From the NCBI GenBank assembly GCA_963754655.1, contig CAVWGN010000001.1:2048001-2112000 (forward strand): a stretch of 64,000 nucleotides of DNA. Reading direction: 5' to 3'. The position numbers and the translations under genes were made by a program. Under the pieces are notes generated by a model. It was given only the letters and a program-made list of their open reading frames with translations, did not search any database and was not told the origin of the DNA. This DNA comes from an uncultured Chlamydiae bacterium. GTDB taxonomy: Bacteria > Chlamydiota > Chlamydiia > Chlamydiales > Parachlamydiaceae. Position 1 is the first letter of the stretch. Each line of letters starts with the position of its first letter. Of the stretch, positions 1-9,032 are shown piece after piece.

Positions 1-822
1 TTTAACCTTGACTACTCGGCAGGAGCACCTCCTGATCTATTTAGTGAAAGTGGACAAAATTGGGGATTTCCCATTTATCAATGGGAAACTCTAGCCAACC
101 AAGATTATCACTGGTGGATCCAACGTCTACGCTGGGCAAGCCGCTATTACCATATTTATCGCATTGATCATATTGTTGGATTTTTTCGCATTTGGTCTAT
201 CCCCTTAGGACTTACAGGAAAAGATGGGTATTTTCTTCCCAAAGATAAAACGATGTGGATTGACCATGGACAAAGGATAATGCTGATGATGTTAAAGGCA
301 TGCGATATGTTGCCAATCGGAGAAGATCTTGGCATCGTTCCCCTTGAAGTCAGAACTTGCCTCAAGGCGCTTGGAATTTGCGGAACAAAAGTCATGCGTT
401 GGGAGCGAAAGTGGGAAGAGAATGGAACGTTTATTTCGCTTCAAGATTATCCTGTAGATAGCATGACGACTGTCTCTACGCATGATACCGAAACTTTACA
501 ACAATGGTGGATAGATTTCCCCATCGAAGCTCAACTTTTTGCCCAATTTAAAGGTTGGTCTTATCAGCCTATTCTGAGTCGAGATCACTACCGAGAAATC
601 TTATGGGATAGCCATCACTCGGCAAGTTTATTTCATATCAATTTCTTACAGGAATATTTACCCCTCATTCCCGGACTAAGCTGGCCTAATCCAGATGATG
701 AGCGCATTAATATTCCAGGCCTTGTCACGGATCGCAATTGGCGCTATCGTTTACTTCCAAGCCTTGAAGATCTTGCTCAACAAAGCAGCTTAAAACACAT
801 CATGCAAGAGCTCATCAAATAA
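1..822 (+). CDS. malQ: 4-alpha-glucanotransferase (amylomaltase, GH77), 5'-truncated by window edge
   Basis: Frame 1 is open from base 1 (FNLDYSAGAPPDLFSESGQNWGFP...YRIDHIVGFFRIW) into the 253..822 ORF with GEDLG, STHDT and RINIPG...NWRYRL motifs typical of GH77. Confidence 0.93.
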   Translation, partial: FNLDYSAGAPPDLFSESGQNWGFPIYQWETLANQDYHWWIQRLRWASRYYHIYRIDHIVGFFRIWSIPLGLTGKDGYFLPKDKTMWIDHGQRIMLMMLKACDMLPIGEDLGIVPLEVRTCLKALGICGTKVMRWERKWEENGTFISLQDYPVDSMTTVSTHDTETLQQWWIDFPIEAQLFAQFKGWSYQPILSRDHYREILWDSHHSASLFHINFLQEYLPLIPGLSWPNPDDERINIPGLVTDRNWRYRLLPSLEDLAQQSSLKHIMQELIK

Positions 823-838
823 AACACGCTATTCGAAA

Positions 839-2470
839 ATGAATCAAGACGTTAAACTGTTCAAAATGGAAAACAAACACTATTTTAAAAAATTTAAAAG
901 AAGTAATTTTTATTCTACCCGGTTCTTAGCTCCTATTTTTTTGCTTCTCATCTTGAGCTTTGCCATGGGATGGAATAGGTGCTGTTTTAGTGTAGAATCA
1001 TCCGATGCAAAGCTCAAAACGCTTTATCAGAGCTTAGATCCGACTTCCGTCTCTCAACATTTGGCTTTTTATGAACTTTATGCTCATCACTCTTGGGGCC
1101 AACAAGCTTTAAAGGAAGCTTGGCAGCTTTTAGCTGGAACGCAGAATAATCCACTTCTCTCTTCCCATGCCCTTCCTCTTTCCACTACTGCCGTTAACTC
1201 TCTTGTGGCGCTAGTGAACAAACCCATGGATCAAGAAATCTCACTTTCTGATGAAGAAGCGTTAGGAACTTTAATTAAACTCTCTACCAGACTCTCTCAT
1301 TTTTCTTTCAAAGGCCATCATGTTTGGAGTGAGCAAGAGGTCCTAGCCCTTCGTTTAAATGAAATAGATCTCGCTCGCGGTCTTTTTTTAAGTCAATTTG
1401 GTTCTGACCGCCTGCGTATTCAATCTTATGAAGCCTTAATTGATTTGATGGCTTTGCAAATTCTTGCCCGTTTGCCAAAGGATGCTTCTCCTGAAGAAAA
1501 AATTATCGCCATCAATACTTTTATTTTCGATGAAATGGGTTTTCGTTTCCCTCCCCATTCTCTTTATGCCAAAGACATTGATCTCTACACCTTTCTTCCC
1601 TCAGTTTTAGACTCTCGCCGGGGCGTTTGCTTGGGAGTTTCTATTCTTTATCTCTGTCTAGCCCAACGCCTTGCATTACCTTTAGAAATGATTACTCCAC
1701 CCGGACACATTTATGTTCGCTATTGTATGGGCGACAAAGTCGTGAATATTGAAACCACAGCTAGGGGCATTCATATCGATTCTAAAGAATACTTAAGCAT
1801 CAACACTCGCTCTCTTCAAAAACGGACAATTCGAGAAGTGATTGGAATGGCGCATTTTAATCAAGCCTCTGTCCATTGGCAAAATGGGGAATATGCAAAG
1901 GCTTTAAAAGCCTACCAGAAAGCAGAACCTTATATGCCCGATGATCCTCTCTTAAAAGAGCTCATGGGCTATAGCCTCCTTTTAACAGGTCATCTTGAAA
2001 AAGGGAAAAAGCTCATTGAGGAGATTAAAGACATCATTCCTGACTATGCCATTGTCAAAAATACAATGGCCGAAGATTATTTGCAGGGAAAAGTTGATGC
2101 TAAAGGAATTGCAGTCATTTTTACAAAAGTGGATGAAGATCGCCAATCCATTTTAGTTAAAAAACAAGCTCTTGAACAAACCTTAGAACATTACCCCCTT
2201 TTTCGCCAAGGCCTATTAAACCTTGCTGTTACTTGGCTGCAGCTCCATCGAACAGGCGAAGCCTTAGATATCCTCAACCGTTATCAATCTATAGATCCAA
2301 GTGATCCTGAAGCCCACTATTACCTATCCATTCTTTATAATGAGCGGCGCGATTATCCCAAAGCTTGGTACCATCTTCAACAAGCCGAAGTCATTGTCAA
2401 AACCCATCAACATTATCCTAAAATTCTCAAAGAATTACGACGCGAACTTCTCAGTTGCTGTCCTGAATAG
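839..2470 (+). CDS. Transglutaminase-like (SirB1-type) domain plus TPR repeat protein
   Basis: FLPSVLDSRRGVCLGVSILYL...PPGHIYVRY transglutaminase-like core, C-terminal TPR-like helices, N-terminal hydrophobic segment. True start may be a later Met. Confidence 0.75.
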   Translation: MNQDVKLFKMENKHYFKKFKRSNFYSTRFLAPIFLLLILSFAMGWNRCCFSVESSDAKLKTLYQSLDPTSVSQHLAFYELYAHHSWGQQALKEAWQLLAGTQNNPLLSSHALPLSTTAVNSLVALVNKPMDQEISLSDEEALGTLIKLSTRLSHFSFKGHHVWSEQEVLALRLNEIDLARGLFLSQFGSDRLRIQSYEALIDLMALQILARLPKDASPEEKIIAINTFIFDEMGFRFPPHSLYAKDIDLYTFLPSVLDSRRGVCLGVSILYLCLAQRLALPLEMITPPGHIYVRYCMGDKVVNIETTARGIHIDSKEYLSINTRSLQKRTIREVIGMAHFNQASVHWQNGEYAKALKAYQKAEPYMPDDPLLKELMGYSLLLTGHLEKGKKLIEEIKDIIPDYAIVKNTMAEDYLQGKVDAKGIAVIFTKVDEDRQSILVKKQALEQTLEHYPLFRQGLLNLAVTWLQLHRTGEALDILNRYQSIDPSDPEAHYYLSILYNERRDYPKAWYHLQQAEVIVKTHQHYPKILKELRRELLSCCPE

Positions 2471-2551
2471 TCGCTTTTGCAGTATGATGGAGATTTTATA
2501 ATTTAAATTTTGTTTCAAAATGCAGAAAAATTCAATTTAAGGTGATAGGCT

Positions 2552-3127
2552 ATGAAAATCTATACGCGTACGGGTGATAAAGGCACGACTTCTTTGTTTT
2601 CAGGTGAAAGAGTACCCAAAGACAATCCTTTTATCGAAGCAGTGGGAACTGTTGATGAGGGAAATTCTGCTCTTGGTCTAGCCCTTTCCATGCTTCCCAA
2701 AGAAGAACAATTCCAATCTACCCTAGAACAGCTTGAAATGATTCAACATACTCTATTTGATGTTGGAGCTGCTTTAGCCACCCCTAGGACCTGCCATCAA
2801 AACCAAAAATTAGAAAAAACACGTTTTGATAACGAAGCCATTGAATTATTAGAAAAATGGATTGATGCCATGGATGCCCAATTGCCTATTTTAAAGACAT
2901 TTATTCTTCCCGGGGGACATCCTGCAGGAGCAGCTTTACATCTCTCGCGTAGTATCATTCGTCGAGCAGAGCGGCTGGTTATCCCTCTGTATGAACAAGC
3001 AGATGTGACTCAATCTGTTCTTGTCTATTTAAATCGTCTTTCTGATTATCTTTTTATGGCCTCTCGATTCGTCAACCATCAGCTTCAAGTTCCTGAAACA
3101 CAATGGCAACCTGTTAAAAAGATTTAG
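2552..3127 (+). CDS. pduO: ATP:cob(I)alamin adenosyltransferase, PduO type
   Basis: MKIYTRTGDKGTT, FILPGG, RRAER and YLNRLSDYLF signature motifs. Confidence 0.93.
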   Translation: MKIYTRTGDKGTTSLFSGERVPKDNPFIEAVGTVDEGNSALGLALSMLPKEEQFQSTLEQLEMIQHTLFDVGAALATPRTCHQNQKLEKTRFDNEAIELLEKWIDAMDAQLPILKTFILPGGHPAGAALHLSRSIIRRAERLVIPLYEQADVTQSVLVYLNRLSDYLFMASRFVNHQLQVPETQWQPVKKI

Positions 3128-3219
3128 AAAATCTAGATGCAGCTTTTGAAATTACTTGATATACGATGAGGGGCTTTTCAATCTAAAATTCTTTTCGACA
3201 GATCTTAATTTTTCAAAAG

Positions 3220-3724
3220 CTGGTACTCAACCACATTAGTTTTGTGTATTTAGACTGCTTCAAAGCCCCGGGGCTAGGGTGTTCATTTTGTGCAAAAAAT
3301 GAGCTTTATTTTTCACAATAATTGGCATAGTTGAATAGAAGGTCGCATGTTTATGCCGTCCTTTCAGGACTCGATGTCTTTTTGATAGAACCCAGGCCTC
3401 CGCTTCGCTGCGACCTGGGCTGTAACATGACGGCCCTTCAGGCCTTAACAAGAGATGTTTAAGTCTCTCTTCTATAGTCCCTAAATCATCTTTTTGTTAA
3501 GGCCTGAAGGGCCGTCATGTTACAGCCCAGGTCGCAGCGAAGCGGAGGCCTGGGTTCTATCAAAAAGACATCGAGTCCTGAAAGGACGGCATAAACATGC
3601 GACCTTCAATTTAACTATGCCAATTATTGTGAAAAATAAAGCTCATTTTTTGCACAAAATGAACACCCTAGCCCCGAGGCTTTGAAGAGTCTAAATACAC
3701 AAAACTAATGTGGTTGAGTACTAG
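3220..3724. mobile_element. Composite palindromic element copy 1: outer shell plus core A (3275-3670)
   Basis: C(T)GG-TACTCAACCACATTAGTTTT ... AAAACTAATGTGGTTGAGTA-CTAG termini; inner TAGGGTGTTC...GAACACCCTA flanked by GCCCCGGGGC/GCCCCGAGGC; ~505 bp near-perfect inverted repeat; core recurs five times in window. Confidence 0.9.
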
Positions 3725-3770
3725 GAACGAAATGCTTCTGGCAAACTCCAGAAGCTAAATTTGTCGCTCA

Positions 3771-4004
3771 AGCGGCGTTAGCCGCGCATGGATAGTAGCC
3801 GTGGGTGTAGGCGAAGCCGGAACCCACGGTGTATGGTAAAAAAAATGAAGCCACGTTAGTGGCGTAGGAAATGTGATGGTGGAGCAATGTTTATTTAAAC
3901 GAATGCTACGCCACTAACGTGGCTCAAATTTGTTTTTTGGGTAACCGTGGGTTTCGGCTTGCGCCTACACCCACGGCTACTATCCATGCGCGGCTAACGC
4001 CGCT
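3771..4004. repeat. REP-like inverted doublet (family C)
   Basis: AGCGGCGTTAGCCGCGCATGGATAGTAGCCGTGGGTGTAGGCG... and its reverse complement ending at 4004, plus inner inverted GCCACGTTAGTGGCGTAG hairpins. Confidence 0.85.
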
Positions 4005-4079
4005 CGTCGCTGAGGGAAAGGATATGGATCAAGCAACATTGCAAAAACAAAGATAAAGATTCCAATTACCTAGCCATAT

Positions 4080-4225
4080 GCCGGGACTTAATAAAGAACT
4101 GTTTTGGGGTTGATATTTTTCGCGTCATTTTCGGGAAATATCCCTCTAAAGTCTATTACAGGCGTGGTATTGTTAAATTGATGCGACGAATATCAAGTCC
4201 AAAACAGTTCTTTGTTAAGTCCGGC
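4080..4225. mobile_element. MITE-like element with ~27 bp terminal inverted repeats
   Basis: GCCGGGACTTAATAAAGAACTGTTTTGG ... CCAAAACAGTTCTTTGTTAAGTCCGGC; no clear target duplication. Confidence 0.6.
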
Positions 4226-4476
4226 CCAGAGCATCGCCCTGAGTTAGATTAGCCCTCGTCATGATGTAGTCTGAAGGACTACAAGAGAATCATCTCATCC
4301 CAAGCCCGGAGCTTTCAGCAATCCCAATAGGCAAAAACTAGTGGATCATTCGGCGTGGGCATAACAAAATAAGACTCTATATAAATGGCTTTAAGGATCA
4401 GTTTAGAAAATTTTTTTAGTCTTTCAGGCTGCGCAGAAGCGTGAAAAATAACCCACTAGTGTGGTTTGAGTACTAG
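4226..4476. repeat. Family B REP unit plus right shell arm, interrupted by a 114 bp CTAG-flanked insert (4342-4455)
   Basis: TTAGATTAGCCCTCGTC...GTAGTCTGAAGGACTACAAGAGAATCATCTCATCCCA matches 63214-63269. The shell arm AAAACTAG|TGTGGTTTGAGTACTAG is split, with CTAG at 4338-4341 and 4456-4459. Confidence 0.75.
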
Positions 4477-4565
4477 AAAAGGTTTCATTATTGGAATAGA
4501 TTTAAATCAGTAAATTTGATATAAGTTATGCCATTAACCTCAAAGCATTTAACTATTATTTTATT

Positions 4566-5327
4566 ATGCCTATACATTTCAGTTCTTTTTCTAATTATAT
4601 ACCCTCTCTATTCAAAGAAAGCCTCATCCCAGCTTTAACTGCTCAGCAGAAGAAGATTTTAACTATTGTTTCGATTGCTTTTGGATTCTTCGCAATATGC
4701 TATATTGCAAAACGTTGCTGCATGGCAAATAGTCAGGATGGGAAGGGAAAAACCTTTTCTCTTTCTGAACTTTGTATAAAAGAGGGGGAATTTGCAAATA
4801 ACAAATTAAATGGTCTGGCAAAGAAAAACTATTTATTTTTAGGAATTATACACGAAGGAAACTTCAAAGATGACTTACTCAATGGAACAGGCAAGAAGAA
4901 TGATTTTAATGGAACTCTATATGAAGGTGAATTCAGAAATGGTAATTTAAATGGACAAGTTAAGGTAACTAAGACCAATGGAGATGTCTATGAAGGCGAA
5001 TTTAAAGATGACAAATTCAATGGTCAAGGCAAGATAACTAAGGCCAATGGAGACGTCTATGAAGGTGAATTCAAAAAGGGCAAATTAAATGGCCAAGGTA
5101 AGATAACTTGGACCAATGGAGATGTCTATGAAGGCGAATTTAAAGATAACAAATTCAGTGGTCAAGGCAAGCTCTCTTTGCCCAATGGAGTTATCTATGA
5201 GGGTGAATTCACAAAGAACACATTAAATGGCCAAGGTAAGATCACTTGTGCTAATGGAGATGTCTATCAAGCCGAATTTAAAGAGGATAAATTAATAGCC
5301 AAGGAAAAATTAGTCTTGCCAATATAG
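4566..5327 (+). CDS. MORN-repeat protein with N-terminal transmembrane segment, putative secreted effector
   Basis: About seven 23-aa repeats (NGDVYEGEFKDDKFNGQGKIT); N-terminal LTAQQKKILTIVSIAFGFFAICY hydrophobic segment. Confidence 0.88.
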   Translation: MPIHFSSFSNYIPSLFKESLIPALTAQQKKILTIVSIAFGFFAICYIAKRCCMANSQDGKGKTFSLSELCIKEGEFANNKLNGLAKKNYLFLGIIHEGNFKDDLLNGTGKKNDFNGTLYEGEFRNGNLNGQVKVTKTNGDVYEGEFKDDKFNGQGKITKANGDVYEGEFKKGKLNGQGKITWTNGDVYEGEFKDNKFSGQGKLSLPNGVIYEGEFTKNTLNGQGKITCANGDVYQAEFKEDKLIAKEKLVLPI

Positions 5328-5578
5328 TCTATGAAGATGAAGTCAAAACATCCCAATTAAATGACCAAGTCCAAGTCAACATCACTTATTCTAATGTTGT
5401 CTATAAATTCGAACTTACAGACAACCTCAAACATTCTAGAAACTCGCATTCAACTAAAGAAGTTGTCTTAAAAGCTCACCTTACGCAAGTGAGATTAAAA
5501 ATCAGTGATATTCCTTAAATAACCAAATAGTTTAATTTATTTAATAGCCTGAAAGGCTCTATAGAAACCCAAATTAGG

Positions 5579-6604
5579 ATGATTACAAGGTTCAAAATGC
5601 ATCACTTAATCTTAAATGTCTTAATTCTAGGAGGTACCAATTTTTTAGGGCCTCATTTAGCTGAAGAGCTACACCAACGCGGACATGAAATCACACTCTT
5701 CCACCGCGGAACCCCCTCTTCTCATTCTCTTGAGTATGCCTCACATCTTTATGGAGATAGAGAGGGAAGCCTCAAAGCTTTAGAAGGCAAGCGTTGGGAT
5801 GCTGTCATAGATACATCAGGGCATCTCCCGCGAATTGTAGAATCTTCTTCGAAAATCCTTTCGCAAGCAACGGAGCACTACACCTTTATTTCAACAATAG
5901 GTGTTTATGAGGATTTTTTAACCTCTAATATTAATGAAAGCCATCCTGTTGCAAAGTTGGAAAATGAAAATGATGAAGAAATTACGGAAAAAAACTATGG
6001 GGCTTTGAAAGCGAAGTGTGAGCAAGTCATTCAAAGTTATTTTCCACACCATTCGCTAATTATACGTCCAGGACTTATCGTAGGACCCTATGATACAACA
6101 GGTCGTTTTACATATTGGCCTCGACGCATAATAAAGGGTGGAGAAATACTCGCTCCCGGTGATCCAAAACAACAAGTACAATTTATTGATGCGCGCGATC
6201 TTGCAAAATGGATTGTGGACATGATTGAGAAGAAGTCAACGGGAATTTATCAAGCAACCGGGCCCTCTACTCCCCTAACATTTGAGCAATTTCTCCAGAC
6301 CTGCATGAAGCATAGTCAAAAAGAAGCTCAGCTTTATTGGGTAGATGAAAAATTTCTCTTAGATCAACAGGTCCAAGATTGGACGGACCTTCCGCTGTGG
6401 CTTGCAAGCAAAAGAAACATGCCGGGATTCCAAAAGATGGATATCACAAAGGCTATTCAAGCAGGACTGACTTTTCGCCCTCTTTCTGAAACAATTGCAG
6501 ATACTCTTTCATGGGACCTTTCTCAGTCTAATGAAAAAAAGTTCACAGGTTTAGAACAGGAAAAGGAAAAAAAACTTTTGCAAATTTGGAAGGATCATAA
6601 ATAA
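5579..6604 (+). CDS. NAD-dependent epimerase/dehydratase (extended SDR family)
   Basis: LILGGTNFLG Rossmann motif, YGALK catalytic YxxxK, IRPGLIVGP. Start may be 5597. Confidence 0.88.
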   Translation: MITRFKMHHLILNVLILGGTNFLGPHLAEELHQRGHEITLFHRGTPSSHSLEYASHLYGDREGSLKALEGKRWDAVIDTSGHLPRIVESSSKILSQATEHYTFISTIGVYEDFLTSNINESHPVAKLENENDEEITEKNYGALKAKCEQVIQSYFPHHSLIIRPGLIVGPYDTTGRFTYWPRRIIKGGEILAPGDPKQQVQFIDARDLAKWIVDMIEKKSTGIYQATGPSTPLTFEQFLQTCMKHSQKEAQLYWVDEKFLLDQQVQDWTDLPLWLASKRNMPGFQKMDITKAIQAGLTFRPLSETIADTLSWDLSQSNEKKFTGLEQEKEKKLLQIWKDHK

Positions 6605-6646
6605 AAAGACTGTTTCCAGCCCACCGTGACAGAACTCCTTATGCGA

Positions 6647-6710
6647 TTAGTTTTTGCCTATTGGGGCTGCTTCAAGCCCCGGGATTGAATGGGCATAAGT
6701 GGGTCCAATA
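6647..6710. repeat. Degenerate half of the composite element (shell arm plus start of the 55 bp module)
   Basis: TTAGTTTTTGCCTATTGGGGCTGCTTCAAGCCCCGGGATTGAATGGGCATAAGTGGGTCC resembles 29914-29973. Confidence 0.65.
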
Positions 6711-6723
6711 TTATATACACCGC

Positions 6724-6762
6724 AATTTCTTGCTATATCGCTCCGCGATATAGCAAAAAATT
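6724..6762. terminator. Probable bidirectional intrinsic terminator between convergent genes
   Basis: TTGCTATATCGC-TCC-GCGATATAGCAA perfect stem with A/T-rich flanks, between the epimerase (+) and ispG (-). Confidence 0.7.
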
Positions 6763-6786
6763 AAAGCTGAGATGAAAAAATCTTGT

Positions 6787-8772
6787 CTATATTGTAAAGC
6801 TAGGCTCATTTTCTTCTTGAACAGGCTCAATCCACCGTCCCTGTGCTTGAATAAGCGCAACCAAACGATCATCTGCTTCTGAAAAATCAATATTGCGTTC
6901 TACACATGCTTTTCCCACATAGAGATCAATTTTTCCTGGTTTAGAGCCCACATAACCAAAATCAGCATCGGCCATTTCACCTGGCCCATTGACAATGCAT
7001 CCCATAATGGCAATCTTGACACCCGGAAGATGAGAGGTCCGTTTCTGAATGCGCTTGCTTACCTCTAATAAATCAAACAACGTGCGCCCACAGCTAGGAC
7101 AAGAAATAAAATCTGTTTTGGACATTCGCATACGAGCTGCTTGAAGAATAGAAAAGCTTAGCTGCCGAATAAAATCCAATGAGTAGGGTCCTTCTAACCA
7201 TATCCCTTCGCCTAGTCCATCGCAAAGAAGCGCACCATACTCCATGCTTGCTAATAAGGTGACATCTTCTTGAGCACATTGATAACTAAAATGAAGAATG
7301 ACAGGAATGGCTAACTTCTGCTTTTTCAACCATTCAAAAAATTGACGAGAATAATGCAAGCGATTTTCCGCTAGCGATAAAATAATCAAAGCAGGTTTGA
7401 GATCTATTAAAGCATTCCAACTATTAGGCGATTCTTTTTCAATTTTAATGATAAGCGGCATAGTCGTTGCCTGAAAGGGATGCAATGCAAATCGCTCCGT
7501 TCTTGCTTGCAGATGCTTAGCTCGCATAGCATCTGAAAGCGTGACAATAGGAATGCTAGGTACCCCAGGATTTTGTGAAAAAACTCCTACTCCAATCTCA
7601 CGCACCCGCTGCAAAACTTGAGTAGCCTCTTTGCCAATGTTAAATTCATTTAAGACAAGATTGTCAACTGTCATCGATTTTAATTTGGGAGAACCGAATG
7701 ATCCTTCGCATCCAATCTGCTTAAAAAAATCGGCATGCTTAACCGCTTGTTGCGGAATTGTTACAAATACCGTTCCATTGCGGTGTAGAGGCACTCGAGC
7801 ATCAAAATGGACAGAGCGTCTTTGCATTTCATCAATCGAACGCAGCTCTTCGTGAAAAGGCTCGATACCTTTTCCTTCTTGAGCTTGCGCTAAACGCATC
7901 AAACGCTGACAAGGATCAATTTCAAACCAAGGATCTTCTGTCAAGGAAACACGTATCGTATCGCCAATGCCATCCAACAGTAAGGTCCCAATTCCCATCG
8001 CTGATTTTATACGGCCATCTTCTCCCTCTCCAGCTTCCGTGACACCTAAATGTAAGGGATAGTCCCATCCCAATTTATACATGGCAGCTGTAAGCAGACG
8101 ATAGGCCTGAATCATGACTTGAGGATTGGAGGCCTTCATGGAAAAAATGATGTCATGATACTCCATTTTACGGCAAATACGGGCAAATTCAAGCGCCGAT
8201 TCAACCATGCCAGTGGGCGTGTCTCCATAACGATTCATAATGCGATCAGATAAAGATCCGTGATTTGTCCCAATGCGCATCGAGCGTTTGAGGCGCTTGC
8301 ATTTCTCAACGAGCGGACTAAATTTTTCCTCAATTTTGAGAAGTTCTTGTGCATATGATTCATCATCATATTCAATTTGTTTAAAAGTTGCCCGCTTATC
8401 AACAAAATTTCCTGGATTGATGCGCACTTTGTCCACAAAATCAACGACCCGCATGGCAGCTGGCGGATAAAAATGAATATCAGCTACTAAAGGAACTTGA
8501 TATCCGCGTTGCAAAAGACCATTTTTAATCCCCTCACAAGCCTCAGCCTCTTTCATTCCTTGCACTGTGACACGCACAATCTCACATCCCGCATCTGCTA
8601 AACGCATGACTTGAGTCATGGTTGCCTCTACATCGCGCGTGTTAGAAGTGGTCATCGATTGAATGCGAATAGGATGATGTCCTCCCACTCCTACATCTCC
8701 AACCATGACGACCCGCGTTGGGCGCCTTTTAGTTTGATAGATAGCTTCACAATATTTGATGCTCATTTTCAC
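6787..8772 (-). CDS. ispG: (E)-4-hydroxy-3-methylbut-2-enyl-diphosphate synthase, long chlamydial/plastid form
   Basis: IRIQSMTT, ADIHF, RINPGN, HLGVTEAG, ISCPSCGRT and MGCIVNGPGE motifs; 661 aa with internal insertion domain. Confidence 0.97.
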   Translation of the reverse strand: MKMSIKYCEAIYQTKRRPTRVVMVGDVGVGGHHPIRIQSMTTSNTRDVEATMTQVMRLADAGCEIVRVTVQGMKEAEACEGIKNGLLQRGYQVPLVADIHFYPPAAMRVVDFVDKVRINPGNFVDKRATFKQIEYDDESYAQELLKIEEKFSPLVEKCKRLKRSMRIGTNHGSLSDRIMNRYGDTPTGMVESALEFARICRKMEYHDIIFSMKASNPQVMIQAYRLLTAAMYKLGWDYPLHLGVTEAGEGEDGRIKSAMGIGTLLLDGIGDTIRVSLTEDPWFEIDPCQRLMRLAQAQEGKGIEPFHEELRSIDEMQRRSVHFDARVPLHRNGTVFVTIPQQAVKHADFFKQIGCEGSFGSPKLKSMTVDNLVLNEFNIGKEATQVLQRVREIGVGVFSQNPGVPSIPIVTLSDAMRAKHLQARTERFALHPFQATTMPLIIKIEKESPNSWNALIDLKPALIILSLAENRLHYSRQFFEWLKKQKLAIPVILHFSYQCAQEDVTLLASMEYGALLCDGLGEGIWLEGPYSLDFIRQLSFSILQAARMRMSKTDFISCPSCGRTLFDLLEVSKRIQKRTSHLPGVKIAIMGCIVNGPGEMADADFGYVGSKPGKIDLYVGKACVERNIDFSEADDRLVALIQAQGRWIEPVQEENEPSFTI

Positions 8773-8928
8773 TCTTTTGTCTTATATTAAACGTCTTTTA
8801 CAAACTCTATTTCTATTTTAAGTTTTTTTGCTTCAATTACAAGTACTTTTTTATTAAAAAATTGATTCACATTCGACTTTTTAAAAACTAGCAACTAAGA
8901 TTTAGATTTAAAAATTCTTCATTTCGCC

Positions 8929-8957
8929 TTGACAACCCTTCTTAAAAATCTTATTTT
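8929..8957 (+). promoter_or_regulatory. Sigma70/sigma66-type promoter for clpB
   Basis: TTGACA-N17-TATTTT about 75 bp upstream of the clpB ATG. Confidence 0.55.
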
Positions 8958-9032
8958 GAATGATGATTCTCTCTAAAAAATCAACAAGACCATAGAGACT
9001 TGTCAATGCATTTTAATCCATGAGGCACTCAA

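Noticed and set aside
2552..3127. Cobalamin pathway island around pduO
   Set aside because: Stand-alone gene; no other B12 genes or cobalamin riboswitch recognised nearby.
3771..4004. tRNA or riboswitch in GC-rich structured intergenic DNA (also 61150-61365)
   Set aside because: No cloverleaf or T-loop consensus; explained by inverted REP-like doublets.
8880..9032. CIRCE (HrcA) operator upstream of clpB
   Set aside because: Only a weak half-site (CTAGCAACT); no TTAGCACTC-N9-GAGTGCTAA.
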